A stretch of 62,884 bases of DNA, the filler included. It is 6 parts of 6 records of this genome, joined end to end, with 100 filler letters (N's around TTAATTAATTAA, not from the genome) between each part and the next. Parts side by side here need not be neighbours in the genome. Positions count along the whole stretch, not along the records: positions 19,621 to 31,937 come from SRR31156797_21806; positions 32,038 to 49,288 come from SRR31156797_21816; 4 more parts are not named here. One strand, 5' to 3'. The position numbers and the translations under genes were made by a program. Shown here one piece after another: positions 20,772 to 32,621 of the stretch (the stretch's first letter is position 1; each line of letters opens with the position of its first letter). The notes under the pieces are model-generated. The model did no database searches and was not told the origin of the DNA. It worked only from the letters and a program-made list of their open reading frames with translations.

Positions 20772-21089
20772 ATGAAAATAACATATACTATAAAATCAAT
20801 CACTAAAGGGTTACTCCTTTTAGTATTTTTATCAATTCTTCTTTCAGGGTGTGGTGGTGGATCATCAAGTACAAGTGATGATACAAATAATACTGATACA
20901 GGTGAAACCAATAATCCACCTATTGTATCTAACTATATTCTTTATGAAGATGAAAATGATACAGTCTCTGTAGATGCAACACTACTAGCTCAAAGTGAAG
21001 ATACCAAAGTAAAACTCACAAGAAATATAGAAGAGCAAACTGTCGATATCCATGTAATAAAAGGAAGTGTGGAGGTGAGTGTACCTTAG
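20772..21089 (+). CDS. Small lipoprotein
   Basis: Lipobox LSGC followed by a GGGSSSTS linker. AAGGA RBS. Confidence 0.8.
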   Translation: MKITYTIKSITKGLLLLVFLSILLSGCGGGSSSTSDDTNNTDTGETNNPPIVSNYILYEDENDTVSVDATLLAQSEDTKVKLTRNIEEQTVDIHVIKGSVEVSVP

Positions 21090-21162
21090 GGTATACTTAT
21101 CTAATGAAGCATCTTTAAAAGAAACATTTGTTACTATTCTTTTAAAATAAAGGATAAAAAAC

Positions 21163-21447
21163 ATGGCAACAGCAAGTGCGAGACATATATTAGTTGAGAG
21201 TGAAACAATCTGTAAAGATCTTAAAGAAAAAATTGCAAATGGTGAAACTACTTTTGAGGAAGCTGCGAAAGAGTATTCACAGTGTCCATCAGGTTCTGGG
21301 GGTGGAGATCTTGGAACATTTCCAGAGGGGATGATGGTACCAGAATTTGATAAAGTGGTATTTAATGATGAACTAAACGTAGTTCACGGCCCAATCGAGA
21401 CACAATTTGGTTGGCATCTTTTAGAGACAACTTCAAGAGAAGACTAA
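21163..21447 (+). CDS. ppiC: Parvulin peptidyl-prolyl isomerase
   Basis: ARHILV, SQCPSG, GGDLG, MVPEFD and TQFGWH. Confidence 0.93.
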   Translation: MATASARHILVESETICKDLKEKIANGETTFEEAAKEYSQCPSGSGGGDLGTFPEGMMVPEFDKVVFNDELNVVHGPIETQFGWHLLETTSRED

Positions 21448-21458
21448 AAAGGTTTTTT

Positions 21459-21962
21459 ATGGCGAAGTCAAAAGAGCATAGTCTTGATATCTCTGCAAAA
21501 CTCAATATGCAAGATATGAAAGATGCAGTTATTCAAGCGCAAAAAGAGGTTGATACTAGATATGACTTTAAAGGTATTCCAAAAGAGTATGATCTCAATC
21601 TTGGAGCAAAAGTAGTCACACTTTTAACTGCAAGTGATCAAAAGATCGATGCGATGAAAGATATTTTGATCTCTAAGATGAATAAACGCGGAGTTCCTAT
21701 CAATGCATTAGAAGAAGTGACCGCTGATAATGCAAGTGGTGGAAATAGAAAATTTACCTACAAGATCATTGATAGTATCGAAAAAGATGAAGCAAAAAAG
21801 ATCCAAACTGAGATCAAAAATCTAAAGCTAAAAGTAACCTCAGCCAATCAAGGTGATGAGATACGAGTAAGTGGGAAAAATATAGATGATCTACAAAAGG
21901 TGATGAAACATTTAAAATCACTTGATTTTAAAGCTCCTTTAGTCTTTGATAACTTTAGATAA
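21459..21962 (+). CDS. yajQ: YajQ family nucleotide-binding protein
   Basis: RYDFKG, QGDEIRVSGKNIDDLQ and a C-terminal FDNFR. Confidence 0.92.
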   Translation: MAKSKEHSLDISAKLNMQDMKDAVIQAQKEVDTRYDFKGIPKEYDLNLGAKVVTLLTASDQKIDAMKDILISKMNKRGVPINALEEVTADNASGGNRKFTYKIIDSIEKDEAKKIQTEIKNLKLKVTSANQGDEIRVSGKNIDDLQKVMKHLKSLDFKAPLVFDNFR

Positions 21963-21985
21963 TTAGGTAATTTTATTACCTAATT
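21961..21985 (+). terminator. Hairpin after yajQ
   Basis: AATTAGGTAAT-TTT-ATTACCTAATT perfect 11-bp stem. Confidence 0.55.
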
Positions 21986-22081
21986 ACACTTTCCATTCTA
22001 AGTAAAACAAACTTTACAAAATACTTATGAGCCTCTTTAAATATTTTATGTTAAACTTATCTTAAAAATTAAAGGATAGTT

Positions 22082-23380
22082 TTGAAAAAGCTCATAGGAT
22101 TACTTTTTATCAGTTCTATTATTTATGGAGCTGATCATTATACGATCGAACCACTTGGAAAAATGCAAGTTAGATTTGAAGATCGCATAAAAGAGTATAG
22201 TCCTCTTGGGAAAGCACTTTTAAATGCTCCAAAAACAGAGTATAGTGATTATATTATAGGAGGAACTTTAGGAGTTCGTACCAAGTTTGATACTCTTAGC
22301 ATAGATACTGTAGCCTATGGGGTAGGAAGACTCCATAAAAAAAGCTCTGATCCATATAAAAATGAGAATACTTTTTATGATAATCACACAAATGGTTTTC
22401 TCTATTTAGGAGAGCTTAATATTAAAAAAGAGTTTAATAAACACTCTATAAAACTTGGACGTCAAACTTATGATACTCCACTAGTCAATCAAAACTATAG
22501 AATTACACAGAACTCATTTGAGGGGATCAATTATAACTATAAAGATGAAAACTTTGAGTTTAGAAGTCTTTATTTTTATAAAATGGCTTCTTCATCTTTG
22601 GCAAACAATGTCCCTTTTAATCATAAATATGGATTTATCGGTTATGGATTAGGGTATGATACAAGTGACTTTGAAGATCTTTCAACTCATCTTATAAATC
22701 AAGATCTCTCCACAAATGGAGCGATACATTTTGAAGTAAAATATGGAAAAAAAGATAGCTATATAGCCTTTGAAAACTTATTTGTGGATAACTTTTTTAA
22801 TACAACAAATCTTACTTTAGCCTATAATCTTCACAACTTTTATTTTAAACTTGGTTTACTCTCTCAGATATCTGTTGGAAAAGAGCATATGGAAAATCAT
22901 ATTGAAGTAGCAGAACAAGGCAAAACTCTCAAAGCCCAACACTATCATGGTCAGATAAAATATCAAAAAGATAACTTTATAGCAGCATATAGTATCGCTT
23001 ACACTCCGTATAATGAAGAGAGTATCTATAGTGGTACCTTTTTTAGTCCCTTTTCCAATAAACCCTCACTGGTAGTAGGGATGAATACAAACCATGCAAC
23101 AATTGCAGATACCACTTCTCATAAGATCGCTGCTTTATATAAAGGTCTAAAAGCTGGTCAAATCCCTTTAGTCCTAATTGGTGGATATATCAATTATGAT
23201 ATAGGAAAACATAATGGGCTGAGTCCTGATCCCCTAGATACCTCTGAGTGGTACTTTCATTTGCAAGGATACTTTTCAAAGAGTCTCAGTACGACCCTTC
23301 GATACTCCTATGCAAAAAATATTGATCCCCTTAGAGAAAAAACTAGAAGCACTATGTTTTATATAACGTATGAGTTTTAA
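22082..23380 (+). CDS. OprD-like outer membrane porin
   Basis: Signal peptide, KLGRQTYDTPL and NSFEG motifs, and a C-terminal YITYEF beta-signal. Confidence 0.75.
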   Translation: MKKLIGLLFISSIIYGADHYTIEPLGKMQVRFEDRIKEYSPLGKALLNAPKTEYSDYIIGGTLGVRTKFDTLSIDTVAYGVGRLHKKSSDPYKNENTFYDNHTNGFLYLGELNIKKEFNKHSIKLGRQTYDTPLVNQNYRITQNSFEGINYNYKDENFEFRSLYFYKMASSSLANNVPFNHKYGFIGYGLGYDTSDFEDLSTHLINQDLSTNGAIHFEVKYGKKDSYIAFENLFVDNFFNTTNLTLAYNLHNFYFKLGLLSQISVGKEHMENHIEVAEQGKTLKAQHYHGQIKYQKDNFIAAYSIAYTPYNEESIYSGTFFSPFSNKPSLVVGMNTNHATIADTTSHKIAALYKGLKAGQIPLVLIGGYINYDIGKHNGLSPDPLDTSEWYFHLQGYFSKSLSTTLRYSYAKNIDPLREKTRSTMFYITYEF

Positions 23381-23383
23381 GAA

Positions 23384-23854
23384 CTAAATTCTATTTTTTA
23401 GTCTTACTTCCCTTCTTCTTTTTCCATCTTCAAAACGTCTTTTGCACTCATCGGTTTGAGGCTCTAGTGGTGGTACTGGTGTAGGTTTTTTATCATCACC
23501 TAAAGCAACCATAGTAAAATAACAAGTATGGGTATGAGTCACAATCTTTTTTTGAATATTTTCAGAGATCACTTTGATCCCTATCTCCATAGAAGTGGTT
23601 CCTGTATAATTCACATGCGCAAAAAAAGTCACAAAATCACCTACATAAATAGGGTGTTTAAAAAGTACTTTATCCACAGATAGAGTAACAACATAATGCC
23701 CACAATATCTAGTAGCGCAGGCATAAGCGATCTGATCAAGGTATTTTAAAAGCTCCCCTCCATGAACATGCCCTGTAAAGTTTGCTTTATCTGGTGTCAT
23801 CAACACACTCATCTGCATAGAAGCCAAATTTGTATTTAATACATTACTTTCCAT
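23384..23854 (-). CDS. Acyl-CoA thioesterase (hotdog fold, YciA-like)
   Basis: ANFTGHVHGG and VNYTGTTSMEIG. Confidence 0.92.
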   Translation of the reverse strand: MESNVLNTNLASMQMSVLMTPDKANFTGHVHGGELLKYLDQIAYACATRYCGHYVVTLSVDKVLFKHPIYVGDFVTFFAHVNYTGTTSMEIGIKVISENIQKKIVTHTHTCYFTMVALGDDKKPTPVPPLEPQTDECKRRFEDGKRRREVRLKNRI

Positions 23855-24054
23855 TTTTACTCCAAATATATAATATAAACTTATAGTACCTTATAAATAT
23901 CGCGTTATCATAGCATTTTAATAAAAAAATAAAAATAAATAGATTTGTTAATATTTGTAACATTCTCTTTGACTCTATGTTGCTTTTTTATAAAAGCTAT
24001 TTTTTTGCTATATTGTACAGCTACACTTTGTGAAAACTATTTTAAAGGATACTG

Positions 24055-24426
24055 ATGAAAGATATAAAATTTCCATTTTTAGAACATACAGGTGCTAGTT
24101 TAAAAAGCTTTGATAAAGGAAAAGCTGAAGTTGAGCTTTTTACTAAAGAGTATCATCTACAACACCTAGGATTTATCCATGGAGGAGTAATCTCAACACT
24201 TATGGATAATACTGGCTGGTATGCTGCCATGTCAAATCTTCAAGAGGATCAAACAGCTGTAACTATGGAGATAAAAATAAACTATCTTAAACCTGCAAAA
24301 GGGGAATACCTTGTAGCAAAAGCGGAAGTAAAAAGACAAGGAAGAAGCACTTCTTTTGTAACTATTGAGCTCATATGTGAAGAGAAACTTGTAGCATATG
24401 CAACAGGAACTTACGCGGTTATATAG
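24055..24426 (+). CDS. PaaI family thioesterase
   Basis: GFIHGGVISTLMD and TMEIKINYLKP. Confidence 0.9.
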   Translation: MKDIKFPFLEHTGASLKSFDKGKAEVELFTKEYHLQHLGFIHGGVISTLMDNTGWYAAMSNLQEDQTAVTMEIKINYLKPAKGEYLVAKAEVKRQGRSTSFVTIELICEEKLVAYATGTYAVI

Positions 24427-24452
24427 ATAATACTTTTTTGTTATACTGTAAA

Positions 24453-25205
24453 ATGGAAAAATTTATTAAATACAATAATAGCCAATATACTGATTCACTT
24501 ATAAAAGAGGCTAATGGCTTACAGCTTTTGACTAATTGTTTACAAAAGAATCCTTATATTCAAACTCCAAAACTCTTTGATTGGGATGAAACTTCCCTTT
24601 GTTTACAAAAGATACATAACTCTTATCCCAATAAAGAGTTATCTAAAAAACTAGGGATTGGTCTTGCTCAACTTCATCAAATACGTTTTAAATCATATGG
24701 CTTAGATGAAGATAATTATATAGGACTCAATCCTCAAAAAAATATTGTATCAAACAACTGGGGAGAGTTTTTTATACATTACCGCCTTTTATTTCAAATA
24801 GGACTCATCAAAGATACAACTATACAAAAAGAGTTTCAAAGTATTATAAAAAAAACTGCTATAAAACTAGAAGAGTTTTTAAATAATTCCTGCCAACATC
24901 CAAGTCTAGTTCATGGGGATCTGTGGAGTGGAAATGTTTTATATGAAAAAGATAAAGTCTATCTCATAGACCCTGCTGTGTACTATGCTGATAGAGAAGT
25001 AGATATCGCTATGACAGAGATGTTTGGAGGATTTGATAGTGAGTTTTATAAAGCCTATACTGAAACTTATCCTTTAAGTAGACAATATGAGCAAAAAAGG
25101 GTCATTTATAATTTATATCACTATCTCAACCATTACAACCTGTTTGGGAATAGTTATTTATATGAATGCGAAAAAGGATTTAACTTTATTAATACTCTTT
25201 TATAA
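24453..25205 (+). CDS. Fructosamine kinase family protein
   Basis: EANGL, PSLVHGDLWSGN, IDPAVYYADREVDIAM and YNLYHYLNH. Confidence 0.92.
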   Translation: MEKFIKYNNSQYTDSLIKEANGLQLLTNCLQKNPYIQTPKLFDWDETSLCLQKIHNSYPNKELSKKLGIGLAQLHQIRFKSYGLDEDNYIGLNPQKNIVSNNWGEFFIHYRLLFQIGLIKDTTIQKEFQSIIKKTAIKLEEFLNNSCQHPSLVHGDLWSGNVLYEKDKVYLIDPAVYYADREVDIAMTEMFGGFDSEFYKAYTETYPLSRQYEQKRVIYNLYHYLNHYNLFGNSYLYECEKGFNFINTLL

Positions 25206-25955
25206 GATTTTTTTAGAGGATAAAGCTCTCAATACCACCTCTTGTCTCAATCCTAATTGCTCCTTTTTAATATCTCCATTCATAGCAAAAAAATAAACAT
25301 TGTTATCTGTTACAACATATCCCACATACCATCCAATTGTTCCATTCCAACCACTTTTGGCTTTAAGTTCATAGCTATCATTCTTTTCAACTGTTAATAT
25401 ATCTTTTGTTATATCGATATATTCTTTTGGAATAGCAAGTTCATAGCTATAGAAGTTTTTTAAAAACTCTATTTGTTCCATAGCAGATATTTTTAAATCT
25501 CCATTTAACCAAAATGATGATTTATCTTCTCCAACTGTTTTATTTCCATAATCAAACTGTGTTAGATATTCTAAATATTTTTCTTTAGAGATTTGTTTTG
25601 TAAACTTTTTATAACACCACACACAAGAAACAGCAATTGCTGATCTTAAAGTTTGATCTTTATTCCATGCTTCATAAGACCTATGTACTCCATCCCATTT
25701 TATTATATCATCTGCATTATAGATCACTTTTTCATTGAGCGCAATTAAAGTATGTGGTATTTTAAAAGTTGATGCAGCTGGATACTGTTGCTTTGCTCTT
25801 TTTTTATTATAAATGTAAACCTTCTTATCATTGAATGAAGATATTACAAGCGTTCCTTTTAAATGGAACTCATCAAATATTTTTTTTAGTTCCAAATCTT
25901 CTGCATACGAAAAATTTAAACAAAAAACTATAAGAAGCAACACCTTTTTTATCAT
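25200..25955 (-). CDS. blaOXA: Class D (OXA-like) beta-lactamase
   Basis: STFK, SCV, YGN and KSG motifs in class D order, with a signal peptide. Confidence 0.9.
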   Translation of the reverse strand: MIKKVLLLIVFCLNFSYAEDLELKKIFDEFHLKGTLVISSFNDKKVYIYNKKRAKQQYPAASTFKIPHTLIALNEKVIYNADDIIKWDGVHRSYEAWNKDQTLRSAIAVSCVWCYKKFTKQISKEKYLEYLTQFDYGNKTVGEDKSSFWLNGDLKISAMEQIEFLKNFYSYELAIPKEYIDITKDILTVEKNDSYELKAKSGWNGTIGWYVGYVVTDNNVYFFAMNGDIKKEQLGLRQEVVLRALSSKKIL

Positions 25956-25958
25956 ATG

Positions 25959-27950
<1,992 letters not shown>

Positions 27951-27953
27951 CTA

Positions 27954-28340
27954 ATGATAATTCGATATAATAAAAATAACGAAAATAATGGAGTTTGTTC
28001 AATGACTTATGCTGAAATATTTATTTTAGGTTGGAACTTAAACGCTTTAATGTTTGTGATCAATTTAATCTTGGCTTTTAATGTGGTCAAAAGTGCAGAT
28101 GTGGTCAAAGTCTCTGAAGAACATGAAAAACTAAGTGAGCTAAAAGAGCAAGTTGATCTTTACTATCCAAATAGAGGCTTAGAAACACTTTTTAGCTATA
28201 TGATCCCTTTTGCAGCTTTTTATCGTGTAGGGTTTAGACTTCTTGAACTGTGGTCTTTTTTAAAAAGAAACAAAGAAGCGACACTTTTTGATTTTATGGT
28301 TTATAAATATCAAAGGGATATAGAAAAAGCTCAGAACTGA
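27954..28340 (+). CDS. Hypothetical membrane protein (start may be the ATG at 28002)
   Basis: ORF with hydrophobic segments. A GGAG RBS precedes MTYAEIF. Confidence 0.7.
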   Translation: MIIRYNKNNENNGVCSMTYAEIFILGWNLNALMFVINLILAFNVVKSADVVKVSEEHEKLSELKEQVDLYYPNRGLETLFSYMIPFAAFYRVGFRLLELWSFLKRNKEATLFDFMVYKYQRDIEKAQN

Positions 28341-28396
28341 ATTGTAACTTTTCTATTCTATAATACTCTTCACAAATCTTAAAAAAAGGTATTCTC

Positions 28397-30484
28397 TTGA
28401 AACTACAATCTTTGTATATCTCACAATTAGAGTTTGAATCAGGTGCCGTGATCATCTCCTATGGATTGATGGCAATGCTAAAAAGAAAGTATAAAAAGGT
28501 GGCTTTTTTTAGACCCATCGTTACTTATATACCTAACAATGATACAGAACTAATTGTCAATAACTTTAAACTTGATCTTGATCCAAAAGAGTGTATCGGT
28601 ATCACTTCAGAAGAAGCAAAAAAACTGATCTCAAATAATAAACAAAATAAACTGTATGAAAAACTTATTGCTAAATATGAAAAACTTAAAGAGGATCATG
28701 ACTTTGTCCTTATCCAAGGAGTGAGCAAAGATAGTTTAGATATTGATGTGGATTTTGATATCAACCTTGAACTTGCTAAAAACTTCAATACCCCAGTAAT
28801 CGGAGTATTAAATGGAAAAAATAAAACAAAAGAGGATATTTTAGAAGATATCTCCATCGAAGCAAATGCAATAAAATCACATGGAGTAAGTCACTTTGCT
28901 ACTTTTGTCAATAGAGTCCATCCTGAAGATATCAAAGAGATTAAAAAAACAAAAACTCCTTATTTACTCTATTGCATTGAAGAGGTTCCAGCAATCGCTA
29001 ATATTACTATTGCTGATGTCAAAGAAACAATTGGAGCAAAAGTACTTCTTGGAGAAGAGAAAGATCTTCATAAAACGATCAATAATATTAAAGTAGGTGC
29101 AATGAACTTTGATAACTATCTAGAATATATTGATGATAAAGATCTTATTATCGTTCCAGCTGATAGAAGTGATATTATCATAGGATCAATCGCAGCGATC
29201 CATTCTAAAACAGTTCCAAATATTAGCTGTATTTTACTCACAGGAAATATTAAGATCAAAAAATCTATTAAAGAGCTTTTAAAAGGATTTAATGAGCATA
29301 TTCCTATTTTAAGAGTAAAAGAGTCAACTTTTGAGATCGCTAAAAAAGTTTCTAATGTAAAAGCGATAATTAGAACAGGAAACAATGCTAAAACCTCTTT
29401 AATTGAGGGGATTTTTAATAATGCAGTAGAGCTTGAGAAAATTGAACAACATCTCCAAATAGACTCACCTCATATAATCACACCTGTGATGTTTGAGTAC
29501 TCTTTATTAAAAAGAGCGAGAGAAAATAAACAAACTATTGTCTTACCTGAAGCCAAAGATGAAAGGATACTTAAAGCTAGTGAAATACTTCTAAATGGAG
29601 ATGTAGTAGATATTGTTCTTTTAGGTGATAGCCAAGATATCTTAAGACGAGCTAATCTTTTAGGAGTTGATATCACAAAAGCAACTATTATAGAACCTGC
29701 TTTATCACCTGAGCTTCCTGCTATGGCAAAAGCCTTTTATGAGCTTAGAAAACACAAAGGGATGAGCGAAGAGCAAGCAAGTGAACTACTACAAACCAAT
29801 AATAACTACTTTGCAACTATGATGGTACAAATGGGATATGCTGGTGGAATGGTAAGTGGGAGTATCTCTACTACTGCTGATACAGTAAGACCTGCTTTAC
29901 AGATCATAAAAACCACAAAAGATACTCCAATAGTCTCTAGTGTATTTTTTATGTGTTTAGATACAAAAGTATTAGTCTATGGAGATTGTGCAATCAATCT
30001 TGACCCAACTGCTGAAGAGCTTGCTGTGATCGCTAAAAGTAGTGTAAAAACTGCCAAAGCTTTTGGGATTGATCCAAAAGTTGCAATGCTTTCATACTCC
30101 ACTGGACAAAGTGGAAGTGGAGCGGATGTAGAGAAAGTAAAAGAAGCTACAAAAATACTTCATGAGGATGAATCACTTTTAGTAGAAGGACCTATTCAGT
30201 ATGATGCTGCTATTGAGAAAAGTGTCGCTGCTTCAAAACTACCAAACTCAAAAGTAGCAGGGGTTGCAAATGTACTTATTTTCCCTGATCTTAATACTGG
30301 AAACAATACTTATAAAGCGGTACAAAGAAGTAGTGGCGCAGTTGCAATTGGTCCAGTACTTCAAGGGCTTAATAAACCTATCAATGATCTAAGTCGAGGT
30401 TGTCTTGTAAGTGATATCGTAAATACTATCGCTATCACTGCTATTCAAGCACAGGATGAAGATTCAAAGAAAGGGAAAAAATGA
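28397..30484 (+). CDS. pta: Phosphate acetyltransferase, long form with DRTGG region
   Basis: IVLPE, TTADTVRPALQII, GDCA, FPDLNTGNNTYK and NDLSRG. Confidence 0.96.
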   Translation: MKLQSLYISQLEFESGAVIISYGLMAMLKRKYKKVAFFRPIVTYIPNNDTELIVNNFKLDLDPKECIGITSEEAKKLISNNKQNKLYEKLIAKYEKLKEDHDFVLIQGVSKDSLDIDVDFDINLELAKNFNTPVIGVLNGKNKTKEDILEDISIEANAIKSHGVSHFATFVNRVHPEDIKEIKKTKTPYLLYCIEEVPAIANITIADVKETIGAKVLLGEEKDLHKTINNIKVGAMNFDNYLEYIDDKDLIIVPADRSDIIIGSIAAIHSKTVPNISCILLTGNIKIKKSIKELLKGFNEHIPILRVKESTFEIAKKVSNVKAIIRTGNNAKTSLIEGIFNNAVELEKIEQHLQIDSPHIITPVMFEYSLLKRARENKQTIVLPEAKDERILKASEILLNGDVVDIVLLGDSQDILRRANLLGVDITKATIIEPALSPELPAMAKAFYELRKHKGMSEEQASELLQTNNNYFATMMVQMGYAGGMVSGSISTTADTVRPALQIIKTTKDTPIVSSVFFMCLDTKVLVYGDCAINLDPTAEELAVIAKSSVKTAKAFGIDPKVAMLSYSTGQSGSGADVEKVKEATKILHEDESLLVEGPIQYDAAIEKSVAASKLPNSKVAGVANVLIFPDLNTGNNTYKAVQRSSGAVAIGPVLQGLNKPINDLSRGCLVSDIVNTIAITAIQAQDEDSKKGKK

Positions 30485-31533
30485 AGATATTAGTGTTAAA
30501 TAGTGGTAGTTCATCTATAAAGTATAAACTTTTTGATAAAGAGAGTATGAGTGAGCTTGAGAGTGGTGTAAAAGAGGAGGTAAAAGACCATAAACAAGGT
30601 ATTCAAGAAATTTTACATAAATTACAACAAGATAAACTTATCGATGATCCAAAGGAGCTATTTTGTGTAGGACATAGAGTCGTACATGGGGGAGATTTTT
30701 TTACTAAGGCTACTTTAGTTGATGAAGATGTGATAAAAAAGATAGAGCTATTATGTGAGCTTGCACCTCTTCATAATCCTGCAAACTTAGAAGGGATCAA
30801 AGCTGTTGAAGCAAACTTAGGGGATATCCCTCAAGTGATCGTTTGTGATACAGCCTTTCATCAAACTATTCCATCTTATGCAAGTTTTTATCCACTTCCA
30901 TATGAATACTATGAGAAGTTTCATATTAGAAAGTATGGTTTCCATGGAACATCACACCAATATATTGCACAAAAAGCTGCACAAAAACTTGGTAAACCAC
31001 TTGAAGAGTGTAATTTAATCACTTTACATCTTGGAAATGGTTCAAGTGCTTGTGCCATAGAAAAAGGAAAAAGTATCGATACTTCTATGGGCTTTACTCC
31101 ATTAGAGGGTCTTATGATGGGGACACGTTGTGGAGATATCGATGGATCTTTAGTCTATTATTTAGAAGAGAAATTAGATTGTACTAGAGAAGAGATATAT
31201 AATATTTTAAATAAACAAAGCGGATTTAAAGGGCTTTGTGGAACAAATGATCTAAGAGAAGTGATACGACTCATTGATGAAGAGTGTGATACCCATGCAA
31301 AACTTGCTCTTGATATGTTTATCTATAGAGTAAAAAAATATATAGGAAGCTATCTTATGATCTTAGGAAAGGTGGATGCTATTGTTCTAACTGGTGGAAT
31401 TGGAGAAAACTCACAGCTTGTACGACATGCTATCTATGAAGCAACTGATAAGTTTGATTTAGCACACATTACTATTACTACAAATGAAGAAAAAGCTATA
31501 GCGATACAATCTAAGGAACTATTAGATAAATGA
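30481..31533 (+). CDS. ackA: Acetate kinase
   Basis: VLNSGSSSIK, GHRVVHGG, APLHNP, YGFHGTSH, HLGNG, GGIGENS and TNEE. Confidence 0.96.
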   Translation: MKILVLNSGSSSIKYKLFDKESMSELESGVKEEVKDHKQGIQEILHKLQQDKLIDDPKELFCVGHRVVHGGDFFTKATLVDEDVIKKIELLCELAPLHNPANLEGIKAVEANLGDIPQVIVCDTAFHQTIPSYASFYPLPYEYYEKFHIRKYGFHGTSHQYIAQKAAQKLGKPLEECNLITLHLGNGSSACAIEKGKSIDTSMGFTPLEGLMMGTRCGDIDGSLVYYLEEKLDCTREEIYNILNKQSGFKGLCGTNDLREVIRLIDEECDTHAKLALDMFIYRVKKYIGSYLMILGKVDAIVLTGGIGENSQLVRHAIYEATDKFDLAHITITTNEEKAIAIQSKELLDK

Positions 31534-31937
31534 TACGATTAGGTTCTAATTCAAAAACAAGAGCTCTTATTTTACGTGAACAAGGAATTGAGTTTATTCA
31601 AAATGGTGGAGAGTTTGATGAAGAGAGTATCACCACAACTGATCCAAGAGAGTTTGTAACCATTGCTACAAAGGGAAAATTTGAAGAGCTGTTTTCTAAA
31701 TATGGCTGTGATGAGATGCCACTTCTTGTAGCTGATACTGTAGTTACTAGTAATGGGGAGCTTTTACGAAAAGCTAAAGATAAAGAGGATGCAAGACGAA
31801 TGTTAGAGCTTCAAAGTGGTAGTGAAGTAAGTATCATCTCTTGTATGATCTTTAGATCCCACGATACTGAACTTTTTGATATCTCTACTACAACGTATCA
31901 CTTTAAAGAGTACGATCAAGAGCATATGGATGAATAT
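31530..31937 (+). CDS. maf: Maf family nucleoside triphosphate pyrophosphatase, 3' truncated
   Basis: LGSNSKTR, FDEE, ADTVV and LRKAKD. Confidence 0.85.
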
Positions 31938-32037
31938 NNNNNNNNNNNNNNNNNNNNNNNNNNNNNNNNNNNNNNNNNNNNTTAATTAATTAANNNNNNN
32001 NNNNNNNNNNNNNNNNNNNNNNNNNNNNNNNNNNNNN
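31938..32037. other. Artificial contig spacer
   Basis: N44-TTAATTAATTAA-N44. Confidence 0.99.
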
Positions 32038-32136
32038 CAGGTTAAATTATTTCGGACCCGGTCCTAAGTAAAAAATGCAGGGTGTAAAAATTTATTCATC
32101 CAGTACAGGATAACTGTTTCCAGAAAAGTCATAAAA

Positions 32137-32196
32137 ACCACGAAGACCACGAAGTTCAAGAAGAATTTTCTTCGTGGCCTTCGTGAACTTCGTGGT
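32137..32196. repeat. Periodic palindrome: three 9-mers, a 6-nt loop, three inverted 9-mers
   Basis: ACCACGAAG ACCACGAAG TTCAAGAAG aatttt CTTCGTGGC CTTCGTGAA CTTCGTGGT. Confidence 0.9.
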
Positions 32197-32285
32197 AAAA
32201 TTCAGAACTTAACCGTTTAGAACAAATTCACCCTGCGCAATAGTGATCAAGTCGTTGACTTGAATACCAATGATAGTTACAATCT

Positions 32286-32621
32286 ATGCAACTTGGTCAA
32301 AAACTGAATAATCGAGAGTTCTTTAATATCTTAAAAAAATTGAGCATATTAAAAGGAGAACAGGCTGTCCGGGAAATGCTTGATACAAAGGCCACCATCA
32401 TCAGAACGGCTGGGCTTTACTCATCCCATGGCAGCACTTTTGTTAAAAGCATGCTCTCCTTAATGGATACAAAACCGGAGCCGAACATCATTCACGAGCC
32501 AACCCCGGCCAGACGGTTTTTCTGCGGCATTCTGGATAAAACCGCCCTGTGGCAGGCTCTGGACATAAAACCTGTTCATTGGCGAAGGCAGCTTAGAGCC
32601 ATGCTGAAGGAACTTAAATGA
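32286..32621 (+). pseudogene. rmlD: dTDP-4-dehydrorhamnose reductase remnant
   Basis: KGEQAV, IIRTAGLYSSHGSTFVKSM, PTPARR and HWRRQL match the RmlD C-terminal half. There is no Rossmann N-terminus, and there is an internal deletion. Confidence 0.8.

Noticed and set aside
23945-23962. TGTTA-N7-TAACA inverted repeat between divergent thioesterases
   Set aside because: Short, in very AT-rich DNA, and with no candidate regulator nearby.
32137-32196. Possible CRISPR array
   Set aside because: The units are 9 nt with no spacers, and there are no cas genes in the window.
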